Notes: a model not told the origin generated them from the letters alone. Shown: positions 49,601 to 58,700, counted from the first letter of the stretch. The stretch is 64,000 bases of DNA from an uncultured Alphaproteobacteria bacterium (GCA_964530625.1 CAZHAK010000007.1:21938-85937); one strand, 5' to 3'. Numbers and translations: made by a program.

Positions 49601-50031
49601 CCAACATAAATTGCTCCACCTAAACTATCCGGACCCGTTGGACCGGGAGCCAGCGAATTCTCAAACACCGCATAGCGCACGAAGCTCGAGTCATTGGCGT
49701 TAATTAAACTCAACCCACGCCACTTGGAAGGATTCAGAAGCGTGTCGGTCGTAAAAACTGCCGAGTCCCCTAGCGTTCCACTCACGGCAAGATAGCCATT
49801 GACAGTCAGCGAAAAAGCGCCCGCAAAATATATTCTGACCCCTGAGCCAACCAGCAGACTATCGCTTGCGGCAACACTGAGATTTCCTTGAACAACATAA
49901 GGACTTCCGGCACTCGTCCAACTTCCGCTGACAGGACCCGACACCACAAAGGTCGTATCCGCCCGCGCAGCCAGCACGCTGACCAAGAAACTCAGCGTCC
50001 AAAAAGTGAATGGTTTACCCGGGAATCTCAT
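46645..50031 (-). CDS. Large secreted right-handed parallel beta-helix repeat protein (pectin-lyase-fold), 1128 aa
   Basis: Signal peptide MRFPGKPFTFWTLSFLVSVLAARA. There are dozens of PbH1-type repeats (NxxxxGGGI/GGAI...N....). The C-terminus is FN3-like. Confidence 0.7.
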   Translation of the reverse strand: MRFPGKPFTFWTLSFLVSVLAARADTTFVVSGPVSGSWTSAGSPYVVQGNLSVAASDSLLVGSGVRIYFAGAFSLTVNGYLAVSGTLGDSAVFTTDTLLNPSKWRGLSLINANDSSFVRYAVFENSLAPGPTGPDSLGGAIYVGGGSVLRVEHTSFRRNRAEVAGGAVYVTSSTLWMDSCFFERNVSRAEGAGLFLNNTIGSVVTYSRFFKNSASSGSGGGAYLRGGSPQLSHCLFDSNFARINGGGLVFKNSTGRIDSSTMRANQGRGHGGGIVCENSSPLIYDCLIERNYTIEFDGGGVYIWESSPHMLRCKVLMNTSADDGGGIHSYRATSNGLFEECEVRGNICVGEGAGIWVTLDGAPTFNNCVVKQNTAGLYGGGVFLRNNAHPIFTNCDFDSNTSLGNGGGLSIRQSQPTLNGCRVRWNQASDEGGGVHLWETADAVFNSCEILKNTSTLNGGGISTNQSTLSATNCLITKNKSLALGGGLATANSSKIALRHCTIGGSINGGLRLESTVADIENSIIAESTSNNVYFGASKNSRIAYSLLRGTIGYLENDAAQGPEFIGVPVAQNMNGDSCDTFLNVFSDPMFADTANGDWSLSANSSAIGSGNWNTLAQDIVGENRPLPLLSLPDMGAIESAFGVSPVGIFGPQSGTLGPDTVKVFADIVVNTGEDLTIAAGTTLLFCGPCGMDVKGVVTAIGNVSDSILFATDTVSNPGRWRGITMSGSAGASAFDYVGWSDSWALTTSRTQGGAIWLSGVSPSFVHCSISRHKALQGGAVYLTQSSPVFTECFLSSSSADSGGIVCAATNSNPIIDDCVMAGGSAKAGGALLAKSATGQILNSRIEGNSASATGGGIHLDTSPTLVRNNLLLNNSAPAGGAIWVGSASATLQFNTISGNSGVDGAGVYIRFGSPQVKNNIIAKNHGDGMFFFVTSTSVVRYNCVAQNDSANFAFFADTPNQGPASIGILDSLNSNSDPCDRYYNIQLDPQWVSGSGHGFYLAQLSTGDSVQSPCVNAGDTLLIAPEGTTRIDFIADISRPDQGYHGPQLGEPLAPIEDLMIRANSDSVWLHWSYNVPALFTVKTDSSMSGSFLSTVVITTDTFTVFQFIGPVHPVKGFFQVLAEPQP

Positions 50032-50417
50032 GCTCTTTCAAGAAGTCTTTTTTGTCAATTATGTCGCCCCACGGGCGTTCCTTTCTATCCTTACAATTTG
50101 CAACGGATTCCTGCTGAAAGCAAGGAAGTCTCGTAAAGATTTTTTGCAGACAGATAATGTATCTGATACCCAAATCAATAAAAATCAATGAATAATAACC
50201 ACAAGGGGCAGCAGAGTTCTTACATTTATAGAAATCCGAGGCAGATACCTAAATAGATGATTTTCGGCAACAAGGAGAGGCATCGACCCGCAAACCGAGA
50301 GAGGCAGGTGTGTAACCCAGTCAATGTTTTTCTCAACTTTCTGTTAAAACATCAGATAACCTGAACTAATGCTGGTAAGAAACGTGTCGCAAATGTGATT
50401 TAAGTTACTGAGATAGA

Positions 50418-50446
50418 TTGCATAGCAGTCTCTAACGTGCTATAAT
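50418..50446 (+). promoter_or_regulatory. Near-consensus sigma70 promoter (-35 TTGCAT, 17-nt spacer, -10 TATAAT) for the small-protein/giant-peptidase operon
   Basis: ttgcat at 50418-50423, tataat at 50441-50446, with an exact 17-nt spacer. It lies in a 486-bp AT-rich intergenic region, and an AGGAG ribosome-binding site sits 8 nt before the ATG at 50518. Confidence 0.6.
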
Positions 50447-50517
50447 CTACCGTAATACACCCAGAAGTTACTCTCTTCGGGGTGAGAATAGATGAATTTT
50501 GTGTGAAGGAGACACAC

Positions 50518-50901
50518 ATGCGATGGATGTTTATGCTTGCAATGGTTTCGATGATTGCGATTTCTGCCTTTGCGGAGGAAGAAAAATCAATCGAGGCATT
50601 GCCCACGGACGCCCAAGTTCTGGATCAACAGATGCGTGATTTGTTGATGGAAAGGGAAGCGGTACTGACCCAAATGGCCGAGGACATGAAGACCGCACCC
50701 TTAGACGAGCGTACAGCACGCGACGCTGAGTACGCGGATATGCAAACTCAATACGAGATTCAATTGCTGGAGATGATGGTCGAGTATTATGAAGTGACTG
50801 GAAATGAGCAATTGCGACTTCGTGCCGAAGCAAACCTTGCACAAATGTTGGCGCCCGCTGCAACAGGAACGCCGGAAGCCGTGAATGGGGAGGGACGCTA
50901 A
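50518..50901 (+). CDS. Small secreted acidic alpha-helical protein of unknown function (paralog of the next gene)
   Basis: ATG at 50518 follows a GAAGGAG ribosome-binding site. Signal peptide MRWMFMLAMVSMIAISAFA. The mature protein is about 108 aa and rich in Glu, Gln and Ala. The C-terminal motif is LEMMVEYYEVTGNEQLRLRAEA. Confidence 0.6.
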   Translation: MRWMFMLAMVSMIAISAFAEEEKSIEALPTDAQVLDQQMRDLLMEREAVLTQMAEDMKTAPLDERTARDAEYADMQTQYEIQLLEMMVEYYEVTGNEQLRLRAEANLAQMLAPAATGTPEAVNGEGR

Positions 50902-50902
50902 A

Positions 50903-51385
50903 ATGAAAAAGATTACTTTGATTATTCTTCTCGCCTTGCCTTTGGCTCTTTGGGCAAATCAACCTGTCCAAAAAGGTGAGCGCTACGACGACGCGGTGAT
51001 CGTAGACAAAGCTCCGACCGGAAGCTCAACCGAAGCTCGTGTTGACGACTTGGCGGGCGAACCAGTCACGACTATTCTGCAGCCCGAGTTTCAAGAGCTT
51101 GAAGACCGCTACGCGGAACAGTTGAACCAACTCCGTGCGCAAATTGAGCTGGCCGCGCCGGATCAGCAGGAAGCACTCGAACTTCAAGCCGTTGCGCTAA
51201 AGCAAGAACTTGAAGGGGCCAGACTTGAAACCGTGTTAAACTATGTTCGCGCACAGGGCAACACTGACGCAGAAAAGCGCGTGCTGGAAGCGATTCACAA
51301 CTATCAGAATCCGACCCCGGTACAGAGAGTGAGCGTTGAACGCGATCCGAAAACCGGTGCTGAGAAGAAGGGAGTTTCGCGATGA
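50903..51385 (+). CDS. Small secreted alpha-helical protein of unknown function (paralog of the previous gene)
   Basis: ATG at 50903 follows GGGAGGG. Signal peptide MKKITLIILLALPLALWA. The C-terminal motif LETVLNYVRAQGNTDAEKRVLEA matches the motif in the upstream protein. Its stop overlaps the next start (ATGA). Confidence 0.6.
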   Translation: MKKITLIILLALPLALWANQPVQKGERYDDAVIVDKAPTGSSTEARVDDLAGEPVTTILQPEFQELEDRYAEQLNQLRAQIELAAPDQQEALELQAVALKQELEGARLETVLNYVRAQGNTDAEKRVLEAIHNYQNPTPVQRVSVERDPKTGAEKKGVSR

Positions 51386-54300
51386 ATAGGCTTTTTCTCT
51401 TTCTAGCGATACTTCTTATCACCGTCAGCGCGAATGCCGCAACTGATTCGCAATCGGAGTTTGTGCGCGATGCTCAAAATGAATGGGTGCCCGAGCCCCC
51501 GACACGAGATTTCTCAAAGCGCATTGTCTTTGACAAATATGTGTGGGAAGAAGGAGTTGACCCCAAAGCACGCTTCCTCAATTTGCTCATGGTGAAGTTC
51601 TTCGATGAAGACACTGTGCGCCTGCGTGACGGCCAGTTGACTTCGTTGACGGGACGCGATATTTCTTTTACGAAATCCTTTCTTGCCCGCCATCCCGAAA
51701 TCTCGCCCCGCGTGATTATATGGAACAAAACTGAAGAAAAATACATGGCAAATCTCGCCCGCATCGAGAAGAAGTCGGGCTGGGATTTGGTTGACCTTTT
51801 CAGCTTCTATTGCTTCGAATTGCCGGAAGCACCCGCTGACGCGCAAGCGTTGATCAGCGAGATTCTCGATGCTCCCGAGGTCGAAACCGCTTATTACGAG
51901 CCGATTCCCGTGGATTTCTTGTGTCAAGATCTCGGGAACACGACACCAAACTTCCGCCCCAACCAAACATATCACGATGCTGCCCCTGTTGGTGTCGACT
52001 TAGATTGGGTGTGGGCAGAACATATTGATGATGTCGTGGACGGACCCGGCACAGGTCGTTGGACTGGAATCTTTGAGCGCGGACTCCAAACCACACACGA
52101 AGACTTCACCTTAGCTGAAGTGGCCACAGCTGGCACGCCTGATTCAGACAACGATCACGGAACGGCTGTGACAGGGTTGCTGGGCGCCTGCGATGATAAT
52201 GGGGTTGGTTGTATTGGTTTTATGGCCGATCAGAGAATGAGGCTCTATCAACGGAATTCAGGCTCTTACGGTTCCACGGCTGATATTTACAATCTAGCCA
52301 ATGGGCAACTGGTTTCTGGTGAAGTCACGAACTCATCATGGGGCTACACGGCAAATCCACTCCCTCCGGGACAAACATGTCCTTGCAATCCAGGTCAAAA
52401 CGGCTCAGTACCCATTGAGTATTCAGCAAGTGTTAAGGCAGAAGTTCAGGCGGGCGTTGCAGATGGTATTCACTACTTTCTGTCCGCAGGGAATGGATGC
52501 ACGAACCTTGATGACGCGACTTTTGGAACAACCTTCAGAAATTCCACAGACACAGGATCAAACTACGTCTCCGCAATCCAGTCTGCGGCTGGCCACAATG
52601 CATCCTGCTTTACGTGCTTTGGCGAGCGCTGTGACCTGAACGCATGGGGCGATGGGAGTTTTACGCTGGGCTATAATTCCGACGGTACTCCGTTTGTACC
52701 GGCATCCCAGGACGAGTGGTACACGAACGGATTCAATGGAACATCGAACGCCTCCCCGACCGTTGCCGGCTGTGCAGGCGTCATTCACAACGTGGTCAAC
52801 TATTATACCGGATCGACGCTGTCCACTTCGTTGATGCGAAACTATCTCAATAACTACGGTACCGCACCAGGCACGACTCCGGGGAATATCGGTGTCATGC
52901 CGAATCTCTTCGGAATCATGTCGGCTAACCTGAATCCCGATTTCCGCACTGGTTGGACCTGGTATATGGTGCCGAGAAGTACAGGAGGTGCGACAGCGGA
53001 CAACTGTCTTATCACCGCGAACTTAAGCCCCGACCCGTCACTTACCTATTGGAATGCCGCTGCGGAGAACGAAGCGGTTATCGGCTGGGGAACTCCGGCG
53101 GCGTACAGAATTTATTTAGACGACGTGTGGGAAATCGGCTGGGTGGACGGAAACGACACTTTGCATGCGCAAGAAAGAACTTACGGCATTAATGCTAGTA
53201 CTACCGTTCGCGGTGGTCGCCACTTTGTTCGCCTGACCGTTGATCCACTTGATCAAGTTGATGAATGGGTTGAAACCGACAATAGCGAACACAATCAATG
53301 GGTCTGGAACCCCCGCCAATTTACGAACGGCCAGATCCTAACCTTGTCTTCGCCTCCGATAAAGTATGCTACAGACCAGCTCTCCGAGGGTTTCTCATAT
53401 CCCAATGTGGATGGCTATGGTGGCGAAAACTTTCAATTCGATGGATACTGGGATATCATGATGGTGATGGCCCAATCTTCAACTGCAGATTACGACGCAC
53501 GTATCTACAGCGAAGATGTCACCTCGACAAACGGATTTGACGACACCGAAGCCTCCTCTGCGTACGTTTCGTTCAGCGATTTCGTAGGCGTCAACAACAA
53601 TGTCGCCGGTCAGTCTCAAGAATTGATTGCCGCTGTGCTTAATTATGACGGTGAATCTTCACAGCATCGTGTGGAGTGCGGAACTTCCACAATCCTTAGC
53701 CCCAGCACGCCCGGCATCGGCCGCACCTCCTATGGCTCGCATAGCTTAACGTCCACGGAGCTCTTTGATGTCTGGGAATTCTATGTTAACGAACTTGTTC
53801 CTTACAACATTGAAGTTGACGTCACCTCCGGAAGCGCAAACGTTGTCGTTTCTATTTACGGACCGGACGACACCTTCTTCAGCAGAGGCAACTTCAATGC
53901 GCAGTCAAACTCCGGCGGTGCGGGCGAAGACGAAATGATCTCCTGCTGGACACCCAACGCCATAGGCTGGCACGCCATCGTCGTGCACAAGCATAACTAC
54001 CTCGATTGGGATGAAACGGCTAACTTCAATCTTTACGTAGGTAAAGCAGGATTTGACTTCGTTCACACTTTAGGTACGGGTTGGTCGCACAGTTTGGTTG
54101 TAAGACAGGTTGCTGGTGGGCAGCCTGCAGTTCTGCCTGCATCTTTGACGGGCAACATTGCGACGAACTATGTCAACATCATGGCTTTGAATCAAGGCTG
54201 TACTGCCGCTGTTGCGTCTTTGGATGACCGCGTCTTTCGTGACGGACCGGCCGTTGGAACCTTTGCCAACTGGAACGGGGCAATTGTGCCGGGAGGCATG

Positions 54301-55569
54301 GCCTTCGGTTCAAATCGCAATATCGGCACTGTCCCCGGTGGCCGTCACCAAATCGGCAACGTCATTGATATTCTTAATGAAGGGCCGGAATGGGACGAAA
54401 CTAACAATCGCTACGACGAACAATTCGTTTGGACGCCTGCTCTGTTGACCAACAATGTGATGTTCAACTCGCTAAACACGGCCCCGAACTGGCGCGATTT
54501 CGATGCAACCTTGTTCTTCCCGGACTACAACGTGGACGGCTTCCGTTTTACAGGCGGTGGATTCTGGAGCGGCGTTGGCATGACTCCCAATAACACCGTT
54601 GAGGACGTATATAACTTATTCCTCTACGACCCGGCAACGTCTTCTACATCCGGGTTCGGAACTCGCTTGGTGAACTCCTGGTCAGCTGGCGCTGACGTCG
54701 AATGGGTCATTGAGAACGGTAGCCAAATCGCCAATGAAACCTTTGATGTCGGCGTTCACAACAACACCGCCTGGCCGAATGACACGTCTCTCTCCACCTA
54801 CCGTCTGCAGCAATCCAACAGAATTCAAGACCTGAATGTTGGACAATTTCACGGCGAATTCCCCTTCCCCAGCACTCAGATTATCAACGTGTTTGATCTC
54901 AATCTGACCTCTGGAGTGAGTACGGATATTCTCTTGGATAACCGTGGAACAGGTGATCTTGGATTTGCAATCTACAATCCGAGCATGCTCTATGGAAGTC
55001 GCACGACGTACACCCAATTGATTAACTTGAATGGCGACGCCGCGGATGAAGCGACAACATTTGTCCCGACTCAAACGGGCCGACATGGATTTGTGGTCTT
55101 TAAGAATGATCGCAGTGATCTGGGAGCAAATCCTTATGCGCTGGTCATCGGTGAACGTACACCAAGAGCACCGGACTCACTGGTCATCAAGTGGGCCTCA
55201 AGCTCTCCGATTTCCGTGGAATTGACGTGGGCGCCTGTGACCCAAGACATTTTCGGGCAACCAATCACGGTCGACCGTTATGACATTTACTTCACGTATA
55301 ACCTTAACGCGCTCTATCCGGCGGGTTGGGGTTTCGGTGGTTCAACCTTAGATAACACGCAAGTGCCGATTTTCCCGAATGATGCGGAGTTCGGCTTCAA
55401 GTGTCTCTTCTTGGCTGTTGACACCGATGGCTTGATCGTCGGAGGATCTGACCTGCCCGAAGGAGCCACGTCGGTCATAGGTCAAAGAGCGGAAGATGTC
55501 CGCAATGCTGCAGGATGGCACGAGAATATTCTTGTCCCACAGTCAGAACGCGTGAATTCGATTCGCTAA
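51382..55569 (+). CDS. Giant secreted kexin/subtilisin-like (S8) protein with three CARDB-like repeat modules and a C-terminal FN3-like domain; Glu sits at the predicted catalytic Asp position
   Basis: Signal peptide MNRLFLFLAILLITVSANA. His motif DNDHGTAVTGLLGA. Oxyanion YFLSAGNGCTN. Ser motif NGTSNASPTVAGCAGV. The Asp-box position reads GTGRWTGIFERG (Glu instead of Asp). Repeats occur at VDEWVETDNSEHNQWVW, LDWDETANFNLYV and GPEWDETNNRYDEQFVW. Confidence 0.65.
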   Translation: MNRLFLFLAILLITVSANAATDSQSEFVRDAQNEWVPEPPTRDFSKRIVFDKYVWEEGVDPKARFLNLLMVKFFDEDTVRLRDGQLTSLTGRDISFTKSFLARHPEISPRVIIWNKTEEKYMANLARIEKKSGWDLVDLFSFYCFELPEAPADAQALISEILDAPEVETAYYEPIPVDFLCQDLGNTTPNFRPNQTYHDAAPVGVDLDWVWAEHIDDVVDGPGTGRWTGIFERGLQTTHEDFTLAEVATAGTPDSDNDHGTAVTGLLGACDDNGVGCIGFMADQRMRLYQRNSGSYGSTADIYNLANGQLVSGEVTNSSWGYTANPLPPGQTCPCNPGQNGSVPIEYSASVKAEVQAGVADGIHYFLSAGNGCTNLDDATFGTTFRNSTDTGSNYVSAIQSAAGHNASCFTCFGERCDLNAWGDGSFTLGYNSDGTPFVPASQDEWYTNGFNGTSNASPTVAGCAGVIHNVVNYYTGSTLSTSLMRNYLNNYGTAPGTTPGNIGVMPNLFGIMSANLNPDFRTGWTWYMVPRSTGGATADNCLITANLSPDPSLTYWNAAAENEAVIGWGTPAAYRIYLDDVWEIGWVDGNDTLHAQERTYGINASTTVRGGRHFVRLTVDPLDQVDEWVETDNSEHNQWVWNPRQFTNGQILTLSSPPIKYATDQLSEGFSYPNVDGYGGENFQFDGYWDIMMVMAQSSTADYDARIYSEDVTSTNGFDDTEASSAYVSFSDFVGVNNNVAGQSQELIAAVLNYDGESSQHRVECGTSTILSPSTPGIGRTSYGSHSLTSTELFDVWEFYVNELVPYNIEVDVTSGSANVVVSIYGPDDTFFSRGNFNAQSNSGGAGEDEMISCWTPNAIGWHAIVVHKHNYLDWDETANFNLYVGKAGFDFVHTLGTGWSHSLVVRQVAGGQPAVLPASLTGNIATNYVNIMALNQGCTAAVASLDDRVFRDGPAVGTFANWNGAIVPGGMAFGSNRNIGTVPGGRHQIGNVIDILNEGPEWDETNNRYDEQFVWTPALLTNNVMFNSLNTAPNWRDFDATLFFPDYNVDGFRFTGGGFWSGVGMTPNNTVEDVYNLFLYDPATSSTSGFGTRLVNSWSAGADVEWVIENGSQIANETFDVGVHNNTAWPNDTSLSTYRLQQSNRIQDLNVGQFHGEFPFPSTQIINVFDLNLTSGVSTDILLDNRGTGDLGFAIYNPSMLYGSRTTYTQLINLNGDAADEATTFVPTQTGRHGFVVFKNDRSDLGANPYALVIGERTPRAPDSLVIKWASSSPISVELTWAPVTQDIFGQPITVDRYDIYFTYNLNALYPAGWGFGGSTLDNTQVPIFPNDAEFGFKCLFLAVDTDGLIVGGSDLPEGATSVIGQRAEDVRNAAGWHENILVPQSERVNSIR

Positions 55570-55591
55570 ACCGTCACTTAATTTGTGATCC

Positions 55592-55627
55592 AAACGAGGC
55601 CCCGCGGGGCCTCGTTTCGTTTTGATT
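55592..55627 (+). terminator. Strong rho-independent terminator after the giant peptidase gene
   Basis: aaacgaggcccc-gc-ggggcctcgttt is a perfect 12-bp stem at 55592-55617, followed by cgttttgatt. Confidence 0.8.
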
Positions 55628-55748
55628 GAGGCACGAAAACTGCACTTGAGGCTATGGGTACGTTACGCAGAGTGAACAAGGAGATTCGCGGCATAGCGTT
55701 TATTATGGTGAAATTCCTCGAAGATCAATTAATCCAACGACTTTACTG

Positions 55749-58700
55749 ATGCTCGACCTGTTTCCGTCACGCTTCACCCTTAGATCAATGTTTCGGACTA
55801 TTTACACGCTCGCAACTCTACTCATCTGCCATTCCAGCCTCTGGGCGGCGAAAGACCTCCCGATGCATGGGTTCCTGGCCTACTGGCCTGCGGCGCTTGG
55901 ATTGATGGCTGCGGTGGGTTTGGCAGGGCTGTGTATCCTGACTTTTCGGAGGGCACGTAAGACCGACGAACACGATCCTGTGCTGGATTGGCGATCCCTT
56001 GCAGAAAACATCGCCGAAGCGGTTATTCTTCTGAAGGCCGATGGAACGGTGCTGTTTGTAAACCGCTGGAGCAGCGACCGTGATGTTATGATCGGTATGC
56101 CCATCGAAGAATTTATTCACGGCGATGATCGAGTTCGTTGGAAAGAGTACTACTTTCTTCGAGCAGGCAGAGCCTCCGTTTGTAAAACTGATGTTTTCAA
56201 AATGACGCTGCCCGAAGCCACCACCGCCTATTGGGAAGTGCGCATTTCGCCGCTCTCTAATGGGCCGCACGGAGCAGATATCATGCTCTGTGCCCGCGAT
56301 GTCACAGATTCCCGTTTGAAAGAAACAACTAAAGACGTTCTCCACAAAGTTACTTTTGCCTCGACTCACGTTGAGTCCTTGGAATCATTTGTCAGATACA
56401 TCGAACTGCAACTTGCCCGATTGGTGGATACAAGTAACTTCTACCTTGCTCTCTACGACAACGAGACTGATACGTACTTGAAATTCCTGTCCAGAGATCG
56501 TTCGGAGCCGCTTACAGCAGAAATCGAGCGGGTGAGCCTCAAGGGAGGATTGACTGACTATGTTCGCAAGACCGGCAAACCGGTGCTGATGAACAATCAC
56601 AATCGAGCGGAATTGATCGCTAATGGCAGCTTGCGAACAATTGGAGAATCCGCCGCTTGCTGGCTCGGGGTGCCCTTGCAAACACGCGATGACGTACTTG
56701 GTGTGCTCGTCGTGCAATCGTATAACAATCTGAATTGCTACACCAACTCTGATGTCGAACTCTTGTCGATCGTCGCGGGTTCGATAGGACGAGCGTTCGA
56801 GCGAAAATCTGCCCAAGCCGAGTTAAAGCAACGGGAAGAAAAACTCAGGCTCTTCACTGAGCGCACGCCCGCGCTGCTCTGGTCACAAGACGAAACAGGG
56901 AGAATTACCTACGCAACCGGTGCGGCGTTGTCAGCGATTGGACTTGGTCCCGACTCACTGGTTGGAAATACTCTTTGCCAGACCGTGCAGTTCAAAGACG
57001 AAGACTTCAGACAACAATTCGAAACGTTGGTGCCGGGCGCACCGCAAAGTTTCCAATTCATATTGCGTGAACGCACCTTTGAGGCATGGATCGAGCGGAC
57101 AAACAGTGCTGATGGAAAATTTGCGGGCATGACCGGCGTAGCGTTGGATGTGACTGAGAAGGACCGCGCGGGGACTGAACTGCGCAGGTTTTTTGAATTG
57201 TCCGGAGACTTGTTTGCCGTTATTGATTTGCAAGGCGTACTTGTACGCTGCAATGATGCGTACTTAAATGCCACAGGATATACGCGTGAGGAGAGAATCG
57301 GTCAGCCATCCCTCACCCTGGTTCATCCTGATGACTTTGCCTTAGCTGAGTGGGCTATGAAAAGACTGTCAGCAGGGGAGCCGGTTATCGGACTCGAAGC
57401 GCGGATTGTGTGCAAAGACGGAGGATGTAAATGGATATCCTGGAGCTCCGTTCTTGATCCGCATGACAACCTGATTTATACTTCAGGTAAAGATGTCACG
57501 AGTCGCCGTGAAATCGAGAATGCGCTTCACGAGCGTGAAGAACAACTTTGCCTCTTTGTCGAAAATTCTCCCGCGGCACTTGCCATGTTTGATCGTGACA
57601 TGAACTATATGATTGTTAGTGAACGATGGCGCACCGATTACAATCTTGGAAGCACTGACTTTGTCGGAAGATCGCATTACGAGGTCTTCCCGGAAATCAG
57701 CGATGAATGGAAAGTGATTCATAAACGTTGCTTAAACGGTGCCACTGAACAATGCTCACGCGATCCCTTCCTGCGGAATGACGGAACAACCGATTGGGTC
57801 CGATGGGAAATTCGCCCTTGGTATCGTGCCGACGGCACTATCGGCGGAATCATGATGTTCACTGAAGTCATCACCGACGAAGTCAATGCAGAGTTGGAAC
57901 TTTCACGTTCCAGAAATCTTGCCCGTCAAATTGTCGAGTCATCGCTCGACTCCGTTATTGCTATTGACGGCAAAGGGAATGTTACCGAGTGGAATCCACA
58001 GGCAGTGAAAGACTTTGGCTACACGCACGACGAAGCGATCGGCAAACCACTGCACGACCTGATTGTCCCCAAACATCTGGCCGAAGCCCACGTTCGAGGC
58101 CTTGAAAAGTACGCGCGTTCGGGTCACGCCCTGATCCTGAATCGTATCCTGAATTTACCCGCGATACGCAAGGGCGGGGAGGAGTTCCCTGTCGAAATTT
58201 CGATCTGTCCCATTCAAGTCGGTGACGAGACTCATTTCTCGGCATTTATCCGCGATATCAGTGAACGGCTTGAAAAGGAAAAAGAACTCACCGAAAGCCG
58301 CGCTCGGCTCAAAGAAGCCCAAAGAATCGCCGGTCTTGGATTCTGGGAATGGTTTGCCGAAAAAGATGAGATGTTTGTCAGCGAAGAGAAACTAACACTC
58401 TACGACAGACCTGATTTGAAACTGCCGATCACCTTTGCGCGGTTTCTTGAGATCGTGCACCCGGATGACCGACAAATGTTCATCGATACCAATCAGGCGC
58501 TCGCGTCAGGGCAGAATTCTTGCGAACTCCAATACAGAATCGTAAGACCGACGGGCGAAATCCGATATGCTTACAGCCAGGGTGAAACCGCACGAGACGA
58601 GCACGGTAACATCCTGAAGCTATTCGGCACCACGCTCGACGTCACAGACAGAGTTCTGAACGAACAAATGCTGCGGGACAGCGAACAGAGACTGGCAATG

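Noticed and set aside
50482-50517. GTG start at 50482 for the first small protein
   Set aside because: It would put the start inside the predicted 5' UTR. ATG 50518 has an AGGAG ribosome-binding site and begins a clean signal peptide.
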